Assembly (NCBI RefSeq): GCF_009834535.1
Contig: NC_045697.1
Coordinates: forward strand, 60,266,001 to 60,330,000
Reading direction: 5' to 3'
Length of the DNA: 64,000 bases
Origin: Camelus ferus
Taxonomy: Eukaryota
Position 1 is the first letter of the stretch, and each line of letters begins with the position of its first letter. The notes below the pieces were generated by a model. That model made no database searches. It was not told where the DNA came from and saw only the letters and a list, made by a program, of their open reading frames with translations. A program made the position numbers and the translations under genes. Below, piece by piece: positions 51,465 through 64,000 of the stretch.

Positions 51465-51762
51465 TGATAGACTATTTTAGAGCAGTTTTAGGTCCACAGA
51501 AAAATTGAGCAGAAAGTACAGAAATTCCCTGTCTATTCTCTGTTTGAACTCAGGCATAGCGTCCCTGTTGGTCAACATCCCCTGCCAGAGTGTTTCCTTT
51601 GTCAAAATTGATGACCCTATATTGATATACTATTATCACTCAAAGTCCATAGTTTATACCAGAGATCACTCTTAGTGTTTTATATTCTCTGGGTTTGGAC
51701 AAATGTATAATGACATGTATCCACAATTATAATATCACAAAGAATATTTCCACTGCCCTAAA
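51465..51762 (-). mobile_element. L1MC-like 3' end with perfect 15-bp TSD
   Basis: tagagcagttttaggtccacagaaaaattgagcagaaagtacaga...aaagtccatagttta...ggtttggacaaatgtataatgacatgtatccac; acctcttaatatttt at 51450-51464 and 51763-51777. Confidence 0.92.
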
Positions 51763-52919
51763 ACCTCTTAATATTTTGTTTTCCAAAATAAGATGTGTTT
51801 ATGAATTTTGTCTTTAGTGTAATTCCATTGTACTGTATTTGTGCTCTCCAAAAATAAAACAGTTTGAAAGACTGTCATGCCTTTCCACAGTGGATGGTGA
51901 CAAATTCAGAAGACCTTGTTGTCAATCTCACCATCATTGAAAACATTTCTTCCCCTACAGGAGTAGTTAACTACAGAAAAGGGAAGAGATGGTAAGAGAG
52001 ACTTCAAGGGATACAGTTGATTCGTGCAGGAATGCACCTGGGCAAATCACATCTTTGACTCTGTCTTAGAGAACAGGAGAAAGGAGTTCCAGACAATTTT
52101 CTCTCTTTCTTGTTTCCTATCACAGCATTATTAATCATTTTTTAAATCCCATAAATTAACTCCAGTCAGCCTTAGAAAGATAGTCTTTATCTTGTAACTT
52201 AGGCCATGTAAATGTCACCAGATCAAAATCATGTTCATCATCACTCTATAAAATTATAAAGTCTGGGTCTTTACTCTGAAAGCCCTTTTCACTTGTCGAG
52301 GTGATAGGTGACCTGATTAATTAAAGTTAGGTCTTTAGGACAAAGGCTTCTGACTTCCTTCATTGCTTTAAGCCTTGATTTAATAGCTGTCTACCTTACA
52401 AAAACCAGTTTTCTACATCTATAAAATTATATAAGTTAGAAGTGTATCTGGTAATAATATTAGACCTGGCGAAAGGTATATGTGAGTCACTTTAAAAAAT
52501 TAGAATATTTTGAAATGTTGAATAAAAATCTGATTGCTAGTGTAAACCATATTTTTCTGTCAATTTTTATTATGTCAAAAGAAGTTTCTGGATCTAACAA
52601 TAAATTAAAAATTAGTAACATAGAAAATATCTTTTCCATAACAAAGGGAGAATTTTGTTTTCTTTTAAGAAATGGAAACAATATAATTTTGCATCATATT
52701 TTAAGTTTACTAACTGGTGGGTCAAGAACATACAAATATGTTTAAGAAAATTAAAATCTTGAACCTTTATGCATATTTTCAGATTTTCTTTCAATATCCA
52801 AAGTTCAAAATCATCTTATGTCTCTTTAATGACCCTATAAATGGAAGAATAAGCAGATGTCATGAGAGAATTTGCTGTGTTATCTTACTTTTGCAGACAT
52901 AAAATGGAAATATTCAAAC

Positions 52920-53524
52920 TGTTACCAGGAGGAGGAGAAAAAATACCTCAGTTCTTTGTCATCGAAAAAAAAATTTTTAACAAGAGACAAAAAGCATAAT
53001 ATAAACAGAAGATTTTACTAGTAAAGTAAAAAAGTAGTAAAATAATATACACCTCTGAGAATTGGGGTCAGGCCAACCCAAGAGAGGGAAAAATGGCGCT
53101 GCTCCTTTGTTCTCCTGTCTTGTATCCTGGCTTAGAGGGGATTGATTGATGGCTTACTTTTTTTTTTTTTTTGAGTGCTCAGGCTGATTGATTGACAGCT
53201 CGGGTTCCTTGTGCTCAGGCATACCCATCTCTTTTACTCATGCTCTTACCCATGATGTACACAGAGAAGCGTACGGGAGGGGGCTCAAACTGCAGTGTTA
53301 ATTACATTATAATGAGCATTGGGTCAAGTTAAGCCAGGTCCTTCTCTCTACTGTGCAGCCGCAGTATTCAATCCTAACTGGCTTCTTTGCTGGCCCTCAT
53401 TTGGAGAAAGTAAAAATTTTTGAAGCACCTTATCCTGAGTGCAGGTGTACTGTTATTTTCTGGGTTGCTCCTTCCCTCTTCCTCTCCCCCTGCCTGGTGC
53501 TGATTTCTATCTAGCTGCTTAACA
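52920..53524 (-). mobile_element. ERV1-class solo LTR (605 bp) with 4-bp TSD
   Basis: TG...CA termini (tgttacc...ttaaca); aaac at 52916-52919 and 53525-53528; strand inferred from LTR layout. Confidence 0.8.
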
Positions 53525-55179
53525 AAACCATGTTTTTTACTACGATGCTTTATCAAAATGTTTGTGATAAAATAAAAGAGGTGGCATTCTGTTGGAAAAA
53601 AACGCATCAACCTAGAGCTCTTTACTCACCATGATACAATTTATTTGTTTGTTTGGTTGTTCATTTGTTTTTGCTAGTGTTGTGATTTCCTAGATAAACA
53701 TATGGTATCCACTTTCTTGCTTTGGACTTTCAAGTGTATTTATTATATGAACTGGCCGTTCTACAGAGAGTTTCTGAACACTGCATAAAGAAAATAGGAA
53801 ATTTCATTGTTCCAAAACTTCCTGCTCTTTGATTTTTTTAAACAGGATTTGGTTAATAAACTATTACATGCATCCACCATTAGTTTACTTCCCACAAATC
53901 CACTTCCCATAAAGCTAAAAAAATTGCTTTTCAAGATAGAATCCAGAATTATTCTGTTAGAACTAAAATAACAATTCATTTAACTGGCAATTTGAAGGCT
54001 GCTTATGTCAGAAAAGATACAATTAAGAAATATGAAAAACAAACATCATTAATCTAACACAGACTCTATTAGAGGGCTAAATCCTAAGTCATCAGTTAGA
54101 CAGTCTAACTTCCCCACAGAGTTAGTTTCTCCTTTCTCTTTGATTCCATGGAACTCTGTAGCTTTTTTCCCAGCATTATAATCATCCATTTGCCTGCCAG
54201 TGTTCCCATTATAGTGTTCCTCTAGCTCAAGGGCTGTGTCTTGCTCTTTGTAGACATCTCAGTGTCTGAATAGTCAATGAATGAAGATAAGAATACATTA
54301 ATTAACATCAGTAAGAAAAATTTGAAATCTAGCTTGATGTACTTGATTATTCAAATGTAAAAGAATATATTTATAGCGATTTTTTAAAAAGATATTATAT
54401 AAGTAGTAAAATATTATTTGTGTGCTTTTTTAAAAATACTGAACTGTGTGAGATGAAAGGAATTAATATATATTGAATGCTTTGTTGGCTTCTTGGATGG
54501 GAAGTAAACAAATCTAGTTAATTTAACAAAGGAAGGGGGAGAGGAGAGAGGGAGAGAAAATATAAGGGTACTATTAATCAAGTGTTAGTAATTAGGGTTT
54601 GAATTTTAATCATAGAAACCTATCTAGCTTGTGTATTCAATAAACCTGGAAATTTGCTTTCTGCCATTTCCACTTTGGACTTTTTAAAAAAGTAATCTCT
54701 ATTATTTCATGTGACAGGGATATAAGGCAGTCTGTACTCTCTTATCTATTTCTTGTCAGATAACCTGGAAAATGCATTTGTTCCTTCTTCTCTTTAAAGT
54801 ATCCAAAGTAGAAAAATAAGCTTATTCCTAAGATTAGCCTGAAACTAAGATCAAGCTCTATTTAATAAACTTTTATAATGAAGGATAGTGCAACTTTTTT
54901 GAACCCATTATGCAAAATATTCTCACGGTTATAATCTGTCATTAAAGGGTTCCACTAGAGGATAGTTGGTGGGAAACACACTGGCTGGGGTGCGGGGTGG
55001 AGTTTTTTTTTTTTTTAAGTAAATGCTAGAGAACTTCTTTTGCCAAAATTTCAGTCCTTGGAATTCATCGTGGAATAATGCATAGTAGTTAAAGCTAATT
55101 GAACACAATCCAAGGCCACTTTTGTGAACAGATAATTTTTAATAAATTAGTGCAAAGTAACTTAATTGTTACATGGATG

Positions 55180-55385
55180 TGACACCTATTGATTTCAAAT
55201 CCTAGCTTTGCTACTTGTATGCTATTTGATCTTGAGCAAAGTACTATGTTTTCTGTAAAATAATCCCAATGTATCTACAAAATGAAGATAATCATGCTTA
55301 ACTCATGAAGTTGCCATGAGACGAACTTAAGAAAAGATATATAAAATGTCTACCACAGTGCCTGGCCCAGAGTCAATGTTCTATG
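55180..55385 (+). mobile_element. MIR SINE
   Basis: ttcaaatcctagctttgctactt...gatcttgagcaa...tctacaaaatgaagataat...cacagtgcctggc. Confidence 0.8.
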
Positions 55386-57719
55386 AAGAGTATGTATGTA
55401 CTTACCCACATAAATGTCTAGAGATTTTTAAATCATTGGCCCAAATCATGCATCTGATATGTAAAGCTTTTAATTCATGTCGGATAATATAGTCCTCTTC
55501 TGTCTCTATAGCCCATTTTCCGTTACTCTCCATAGGCTTCCTAACAAACATGTGAGTTTGAAAATTTAACAAACATGAAAATGAAATCTAGGCAAATTCT
55601 CCATCTCTTAGCAACAGGAATTTTTCTAGCCATTTCAGGTTATTGCAGGTTATATAAGAATAATAAATAATGTTTGTCTTGAAAAAAAGAATGGAAATTC
55701 TCAGCAGTTTACATACTTTAATAGCTGCTTGTACTTTCTACTTGAGTTTTATTTTTTTCGATCCTTAAATTATTATTATTGACCAAATAGGAAGGCAATT
55801 ATCAAATGTAATTGTGTCTTAAAAGGAACACTTGAAAATTCTCCTTTGGAAGAAATAATTGCAATTTTATATTCTCAGATGATTTCATCCTTTGTCTCTT
55901 TTACTTCTACTGTTTAATAAGGGGAGGAGGGAGGTTTTGTTTTCTCTTCTTAGAGAATTTTGTTTGGTATTCCAATTTGTTCAGTATTTCCTGAAGAAAA
56001 TATGATTGGAGTTTGGGATAAGAGAAGGTACAGAATCTATACCAAGATCCCAGGTTATAAACACCACCAGGAACAAAAATAAAGAAAAAAGAAGCATCAG
56101 CATTTCCTTTTATTCCGTTCAACTTTCCTACAATGAGATATAGAGTATTAATAACTGTATTTTCCATCCCAGCTTAAAATTCTAAATAGCTATAGAAATA
56201 TACTTTTCCTAATCAGAGTTCAGTCATATAGTTAAGATATTCTTTTCTTATTGTCTTTTTGATCATGAAAACTCGGTGCTAGTAAATTTGAAGAATCAAA
56301 GTATTTAATTACCATATCAACAGTAAAACAAAGTAAAGGATAATACAGCTCACCTATTTTTATAAGATGGAGATTGCTTCTATAAAGCCGTGTAACTCAA
56401 ACTGATCTTATTTACTAAAGCAACAGTAACTTGATTTACATTGTCAGATAAGAAAATTAGATTGCACAAATACAAGGAATGGAATTGTAATCTAACATCA
56501 AAGGACTTTTCTTTTTAAAATATTAAGTTGGGTAATCAAGGATTTTTTACTTCACCTTTAAAATATGTACTGTATATAAATTTATAAATAGGTATATTTC
56601 AACGAAAGAATAAAAAACAGAACAAATGAAAGGATACAAACATTAAATATAGTGTTTATTCGCATTAATAATTTGTAATAAATGACAACGTTAATTGAAT
56701 ATCATTGGGCATAATAAGGCCACAGATTTTCTAACGTGTCACTGTTACTAACGATTTGCTAAAGGTTCTCAGAGATTTGCGAATTCTTGGCTCATTAATG
56801 TTTTGCTGATAGTTTATTGTCTTCATTATTACTATCAGCATTTTTCTAATTCCATTTATTTGCATAGCACCTAGGTTTTTTACTACAGAGAATACACATA
56901 ATTTTCTGTTTATAACCTGTTATGTCTGAACACAATTATTCATCTTACAGAAATGTTATCAATTTCCTAGGTGCCTAAAAGTTCACTATAGCAAAGCAAG
57001 CTTGATGGATAGGACCATGGGAATAGCTAGTTTTATATGGAAGTGATCTTGTTTCCCACTATACTCTGTCTCTTAATTTCTTAAAGAATCATTGGGCTGC
57101 TCTGTTGGGATTATCCCCATGAACATGGGGCAGAGTGATAGGAGCCCCCCAAACATGGGATAAACTGATACTTCTCTCTGTAATCTCTCATTTACCCTAA
57201 GATTGGAAGTGATATTTATATTATAAGTAATATCTAATGTTGGACACATGCATGATTTTTTACTGTTAATAAATAAATTAATACATACATACATACATAT
57301 ATAATATTATTTAGATGGAAAATAGGATTTGGATGAAATCTTACCCCCAACCTTGAATATAGATGCTTCTTTCCTCTGAACTTTATAATATGTGTATCCA
57401 AATGTTTGAAGATATCAGATGAAGTGTGGTTAATAGTATTATTTCCTTTTACATGAATTCTAAAGGGAGTGCGCAATCTTCAACCCCATTTCCACCCCGT
57501 ATTACACTGGTGGGAGGAGCTCTGGTGATTGCTCTATATAAAGAGGACTAAAGAAAACAGATTATACACAAGAATATTTTTCTAGAAAAAATTCTGGCAA
57601 TTAATTTGTCTCTATAATTCTTTTAAATTTTACCAAATTTAGATGCTGTAATATGGTCTTTTTCAATTTATTTTACTCCAATATTAAAATATATATATTC
57701 AATTAAAAACTAGGAATTC

Positions 57720-59215
57720 ATCCCAGTCACTTTTTTTTCACAGAAATAGAAAAAGAATTGTTCTAAAATTTATTTGGAATCTCTAAATAGATAAAACAAC
57801 CTTGGGAAAATAAAGAACAAAGTTGGAAGTTTCACACTTCCTGATTTCAAAGCTTATACTAAAGCTACAGTAATCAAACAATGTGATACTGGTATGAGGA
57901 CAGACATTAAAGACCATTAGAATAGGGTAGCTAGCCCAGAAATAAACCCTCTCATATATGGACAAATGATTTTCAACACGAGTTCTAAAAGTATTAAATG
58001 GGGGGAAAAATCTTTTCAACAAATGGTTTTGGGAAAACTGGATAACCACATGAAAAAGAATGATGTTGAATTCTTAGCTTACTACCGGAGTATACAAAAA
58101 TTGACTCAAAATTGGATTAAATGTCAGAACTAAAAATCTTAGAAGAAAACATAGGGTAAGAGCTTTATAACATAGAATTTGACAATGGATTCTTGGCTAT
58201 GACAGCACAGGAAAAATGGACAAATTGAGTTTCATTAAAATTAAAAAACTTGTGTGTGCCAAAGAAACTATCAGTAGAGTGAAATGTCATTTTATGTAAT
58301 GGATAAAAAACATTCACAGATCATCCATCTGATAAGTGGCCAATACACAAAATATATAAAGAACTACTACTACTCAACAACAAAAATCAAATAATTTAAT
58401 TTAAAAATTGGGGAAAGACTTGAATAGACATTTTTTTTTCCAACAGAATATACAAATGGCTAATAAACACAGGAAAAAGTGCTCAATATCATTAATCATT
58501 AAGTAATTACAAATTAAAACCACAGTAAGATACCACTTCATACCCATTTGGATGGTTAATATAAAACAAACAACAGAAAATAACAAGTATTGATGAGGAT
58601 GTGGAGAAACTGGAACCCTTGTATATTGTTAGTGGGAATGTAAAATGGTGTGGCTGCTATGGAAAACAGAATGGCAGTTCTTCAAAATAATAAAATGGAA
58701 TTACTATATGATCCAGTCATTCCACTTCTGGGTGTATACGCAAAAGAATTGAAAGCAGTGACTCCAAGAGATGTTTGTATACCCGTGTTAATAGCTGAAC
58801 TATTCACAATAGTCAAAATGTGGAGACAACCCAAGTCTCCATAAATAAATTAATGAATAAACAAAATGTAGTATACAGTGGGATATTGTTCATCTCTAAA
58901 AAGGAAGGAAATTCTGAAATGCTACAGGATGGATTAATCTTGAAGACATTATGCTAAGTAAAATAAACCAGTCATAAAAAAACAAACACTATGTAATTCC
59001 ACTTATATGAAGTAGCTAACATAATCAAATTCATAGAGACAAAAAGAATGGTAGCCAGGGGATGGAGGGGAGGACTGAGGAGTTACTGTTTAATGGGTAC
59101 AAAGTTTCAATTTTGGAAGATGAAAAATGTTCAAAAATGATGGTGATCTTTGCTCAATAATATGAGTGTACTTAATGCTACTAAAGGATACACTTTAAAA
59201 ATTCTTCAAATGGTA
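57720..59215 (+). mobile_element. L1MB-like fragment: decayed ORF2 3' part plus 3' UTR
   Basis: aacaaagttgga...cacacttcctgatttcaaa...aagctacagtaatcaaa; gaggatgtggagaaactggaaccctt; atatgatccag...ttccacttctgggt; cttgaagacattatgctaagt; gagttactgtttaatgggtac. Confidence 0.93.
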
Positions 59216-60214
59216 GAAAAGAACTAAGATATTTTTCTCTTAAGGCTCAGATAAAATAAAGTCAAATTTCACTATTTGAACTCTTATTGTTTAATTTGTG
59301 ATTTGTTTTATTATTTTGTAGAAAGAAATATCAGTTTGAGAGCTTTTTTTACATCAATTTTAGTTAGCAAAAATCTTGAAATTATTTTGGCTCCACTCAT
59401 CTGTGTTGACTGAAAATTTTCAACTAATTTTATACAAGTTGCAACCAACATGTAGAGCACTCACAAAAAAATGTAATGCCATTTTAGCAAAGTTAGGTTA
59501 ATTTACAAAGTAGTTATTCAAAGATAAAAACATTGCCAAAATCTAACTGATAGAAGGCAGCTATCAATATATTCTAACACACAGAAATTTATATTTTTAT
59601 CAACATTTTTATGTAACAAGTACATTATATATAAAATATTTTTAAATTTTGACAATTTCCCTTATTTAATGTTACAGCCTATTTAGATGCCATTTTTATT
59701 ATATGTGTATAATAAACAATTGCAAATATATTTCTACTCCATAGTTTTCTCATTTACTACGTGATATGTTTACCAAGATCATGTGCTATACCAAAATTTA
59801 TATTAAATGTGTTACTATTACAAACACAATTTTGTCTTGAATGTTGAACTTCCTAACTGAATTTATATTAATAATCCCAAGGATTCAGCTGTTTCATGTT
59901 TAACTAGGGTGAACTGCCAAAAGCCTTATTAATTGATTCCATGAAATGGATGAAAAAATTAAACCATTGTTGAAATTAATTCAGCTGATTTTCTATTTGA
60001 AGAATATCATGTTAACAACATAAACTTTTTTCTGCAAACCTCTGCTGCTGTAATGAAGCCAGTTAATTAACATCTATCACCTCACTTTCAACATGTACAA
60101 ATAAATAAGCAAGATTATTTCAGAAGAGTAATTATTTAAGTGAAAAGTCATGTTTCACAGAGATACATATGAACCAAACTTCTACAACTGCACTTGATAA
60201 GTCATCAAGTTTGA

Positions 60215-60399
60215 AGATACTGTTCAATAACTGCTTAGATGAAGCCCACCAGCGTTATGAAGGATAATCTGCTTTATTCAAAGTCTTGATTTAAAAGTTA
60301 ATCCAAAAAGTACCTTCATAGCAACCTCCAGACAAACGATTGACCAAATATCCAGGCATTGTGATGTTACCAAGTTGATACATAAAACTAACCATCACA
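60215..60399 (-). mobile_element. MLT2-family LTR fragment
   Basis: aaggataatctgctttattcaaag...ccaagttgatacataaaactaaccatcaca; homologous to 1300-1465. Confidence 0.8.
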
Positions 60400-60552
60400 A
60401 GGCTGCTAAATGAAGTAGAACCTCTATAACAAATACGGAATTTCCAAATAGCACAATATATTCGTGTCTTGATATGACTGCCTCACCAATTAGAAAAGTA
60501 GTTCTGGCCTGAGAAAATGAGATGGATGTTTTATTCTATTGTTTTGAGCAAA

Positions 60553-60757
60553 CACTGGCAAACTAGGTTTTGAGGGTTAAATTCCATTAGCCATCTTTTT
60601 TGTAAATAAAGTTTTATTGCAACACTGTTTAGCAGCATTGTCCACAGCTGCTTTCATGCTACAAAGGCAGAGTCCAGTAGTTGTCTCACAGAATTTATGG
60701 CTCAAAGATTAAAATATTACTACATCTTTATTTATAGAAAATATTTGCCAGCCCTTG
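60553..60757. mobile_element. MER58A-like hAT MITE
   Basis: ggcaaacta...ttttgtaaataaagttttattg...gctgctttcatgctacaaaggcagag...tttatagaaaatatttgccagccc. Confidence 0.85.
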
Positions 60758-62399
60758 GCCTGGAGTCAAAACCTCCGTGTATTACCTGAATTTTGTAGAA
60801 TTTAAAAATATGAAACAGGTAAGGTCCAAGAGAAATAAAGCTATATTGTCTGGAAATATTTTCATCATGCTTTCACTCTGTCAAGCAGTGGGAAATTGCT
60901 CCAGTTGGTGCTAGAATTGTGCTCTCAGTAATTCTGAGGTAATTATAGCGTGTGCCTGAATGAAATGGGCATGAAAATGTCTTACGTTTAGAAACTGCAA
61001 CCAAGGTTTTCAAGGGACTACTTTTGTATTTGAGATGTTACCATTCATTGCAAGAGCTTTACTAAATATTGAAAAAGTCAGAGTAACTATTCTCAAGACT
61101 TGTAAAATATATCCTTGGAACAAACTGCTGAATTATGCAAACTGAGTAGGTTTTAAAATGTGACCAGATAGGCTGTTAGGAAATTAACTCTCAACTAGTT
61201 TTCCAGTTGGAGGCAACTTACGCTTTTTAATCACAAAACGCGCCCTATCCCACTGTATTTTGCATAGAGAATAATGCATTCAATAATTTGGCTTCAAAGG
61301 CTAATGTGGTCATGAAAATTCAGTGTTTGTAGCCACTCAAACTAATTGTTCCATTGAAAATATAATGAAGAAGCCATAAAGGATTTTCATAGATTTTTCA
61401 AAGTGCTGGAGCAATAAATGATCCCTTGCGGTTCCTCTTTGAAACATTATTTTCTGTGCTTCACAGCTCTTACTAACAGAATGAGAAATATCCGGGATGT
61501 ATTTATGCATTAAAGGAATATGGACATTTCTGGCCAAGGCACAGATGGTGAGAATTAAAGTTCATTCCTAGGGATGGGATTCAATACATGAATACAGAGA
61601 TGCTGATAAATGATTTAAAGAGAAGTTAACTATAGAGTGTGAAATCTTTCTAAGAGACATGTGAAGCTATTACTGTATTACCAGGTGATTCTCCGAATGT
61701 GTTTTCATAGATCTCTTTAAAGATAGATTACATTTATTTTTATTATATAAAAATTTTAAGCCTGTGCTTATGCCATTTGGAAAGTAATAGACAAAGCATT
61801 TATGCCAATAGGGATCAGGAAAGAAAAAATGAAATTACTTACACTAAAATAAAAGGTTATATTATATCTGGTATTTTAGCTAAACTGCTGTTGTTCAAGC
61901 CAAATATTAGCTCCCTCCATTAACTCCACCCCACTCAATCAGAAACATATAGTCTATATTCAGATCATCAGCATTTGGCAGCCATCTTGGGGTTAAGGCA
62001 TGAATTTTATTTTCTGTTTCCTAATTATTGCTTAAATTTATTTGCTCATTCTTGCATAAAATAATGTAACATTTACAGTCTATTTTTTAAATGTCTTTTA
62101 TTAGTATATGTTACTTGCCAACTATGTATTTAAGGCATTGGATTTGCAAAGAAAGAGTAATATTTCTGGTAGAATTCTAAGATGATCCCCAATGACCAAA
62201 ACCATCAAATAAAACGTTTGCATTTTAAGTGATCAGGACCTCTGAATATTATGGTTTATCGCTTCCGTGATCAAGTTGTTATATGGCACAAACAGAAAGT
62301 AACCTGACATTTTTAGAGAAGAGAGGAAAGTTATTTTTTTGGCTACTTAAATTGGGCAATTTTTTTAATCCAGAAGAAAAATAGATAAAACAGTATAAA

Positions 62400-63129
62400 C
62401 TCCATGACTTATTTATTCATCAAATTATTATTTCAGTTAGCTATAATTTATAAGATAAATTGTTGGGACTGGCTATTGATGAAAAATTGAAGATAAATTT
62501 TAAAAATACATCATCCCAATTTTTGCTCCATTTTGAGTAGAAGTTTTTAAAAAGCTATCCTGAGGTTGCTAAAATTGCTTTAAATTTTTCTTTTGTTCTC
62601 ATTCAAATACTTAGATTGTTTTCTCCTATGAGTGATGATAAAATAAGAAAAACTAGAAACCGTTTAGCTATAGAATGTCAGTTGCTGTATCATTGTCATC
62701 AAACCAACTTAGATAAGATAAATTGACAAATAAGAAGCAAACTCATCACTTAAAACTTTATATACTGATATACATAATGTTCAAAGTATGCAAATACACC
62801 TTAAATATGGATAATTTCATTTCACTAATAGCATCCTATTTATTTGCATTGCAAAAGATCAAATAGCTATGCATATAAAATCATTTTCTGTATATATTGC
62901 CTGTGTGTTTATTTTTAATATACATTTTATGAAATGTTTTTATTGTATTTATTGAAATGTAGTTTTAGCATTAAAAATTGAGGTTTATAATTTGAGTGAA
63001 CTTTTTGAAATTTCATTCTCTGGTGCTTAGTCATTTTTGTTTTTGTGTAGGTGTGTTTTATAGAAGAATCAATCTATGAAAGATAGTTTCAAGAAATCTG
63101 GCTTTTCTTCATGAATTTGGGAAGCAATA
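62400..63129 (+). mobile_element. Charlie-type hAT transposon 3' remnant (decayed transposase C-terminal dimerisation domain)
   Basis: DKLLGLAIDEKLKINFKN...YPEVAKIAL...RNRL...DKLTNKKQTH (about 62453-62750, frameshifted); terminal tttgggaagcaata followed by tcctaga target-like sequence. Confidence 0.75.
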
Positions 63130-64000
63130 TCCTAGATTTAGACACAATTTTTTTAAAGTTATATGCAGAATATATTTTTAAAGTCATGGCTAGGTATGGC
63201 TCCTTAATATAGGGCTGACTCAAGGGCTGGAATAGGATTGAGATGCTAATGGTGGGTCATTCATAGATTTGGTTGTCAAAAGCAAGTAAGAATGGAGGTA
63301 TGAGTTGTATTTGATATTTATTACAAATAAATACAAAAAGCTCGAGAAATAAATATCCTAAAATATATTCAAAGCTGTTCTGAATAAAATCTAAAAGGGT
63401 GAGTATCTAAAGAAACTTCTGAGTTGCACAGGAAGTTCTCTGTTGAGCTCCCTCTAAAAGGGCTAGGAGAGAGTCATAAATGCCAAAAGAGAAATAAAGA
63501 TATAACTCCAGAAGATTCAATTACCTTTACTTGGCTTTTGGAAAAAAGCAGTGAAAACATCAGTAGATTTAAGGATCACCAAAACATTGGCCCCTCAGCG
63601 ATAAAAAGGTATTGTTGGAAAATTCTCAGTGATCCTTAACCACCCTGAAGCCCAAGTAGCCTCTGCAGGTAGACGTCAAGGTAGCAGGAAAGGCAGCACT
63701 GATTTGGTTGCTAGACATTAAAAGATGTGCGTTTCTTAGAATGAGGTGAAAATTTAGGTCTTTGTTGTTTGTTAAAGAGCTAACTTTAACAAAAACAACA
63801 GTCTCAAAGGACGCTTCAAAACTTACCAAGCAGGAATTGTGATGACAATATGCCATGAAGATGGGAGGTGGGAGGTTAGAATTGCACAGCTCACAGTCTG
63901 TGCCAAGGATCAACAGCTGATACGAATTTTAGAAGTGAAAAAATTATCTGGTTAGAAATTTGACTTCAGATTTTTGCATGTGAACCTGCAGCATTTGGAA

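Noticed and set aside
62450..62755. Possible domesticated hAT transposase (ZBED-like gene)
   Set aside because: Only a C-terminal fragment, with frameshifts and stops.
1..64000. CRISPR arrays, operons, rRNA/tRNA genes or other prokaryotic systems
   Set aside because: The sequence is mammalian and repeat-rich; I saw no spaced repeat arrays, long ORFs or structured RNA genes.

Overview
This is AT-rich, CpG-poor eutherian genomic DNA, intergenic or deep-intronic. I recognise no protein-coding gene, RNA gene, CpG island or prokaryotic system. The listed ORFs are best explained as chance ORFs, microsatellite read-throughs or decayed retroelement frames. The young L1 3' UTR at 2126-3207 is cetartiodactyl-type and most resembles camelid L1. 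I saw no Alu, B1/B2, BovB/Bov-tA, PRE-1 or CHR-2 SINEs, so a camelid host is my inference. Content is mostly transposon fossils. There are two minus-strand ERV-L proviral remnants: about 17.6-20.8 kb (RT-RNaseH-IN-dUTPase plus one LTR) and 25.3-31.0 kb (two LTR16-like LTRs, RT core deleted, with a nested MIR and a nested MER21-like element). There is also a plus-strand ERV-L/MaLR gag-pol remnant at about 41.4-42.5 kb, several solo LTRs (two with clean TG...CA ends and 4-bp TSDs), L1 fragments (one twin-priming inversion, two with TSDs), L2, MIR and hAT/Charlie relics. Family names come from recalled consensus sequences, not a database search, and boundaries of old repeats are approximate. The best leads are a possible minus-strand promoter/two-exon unit at about 34.65-34.99 kb, the MER21-like insert with a non-retroviral 9-bp flanking repeat, and the near-complementary RT breakpoints of the two ERV-L remnants. 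I found no convincing novel biological system.
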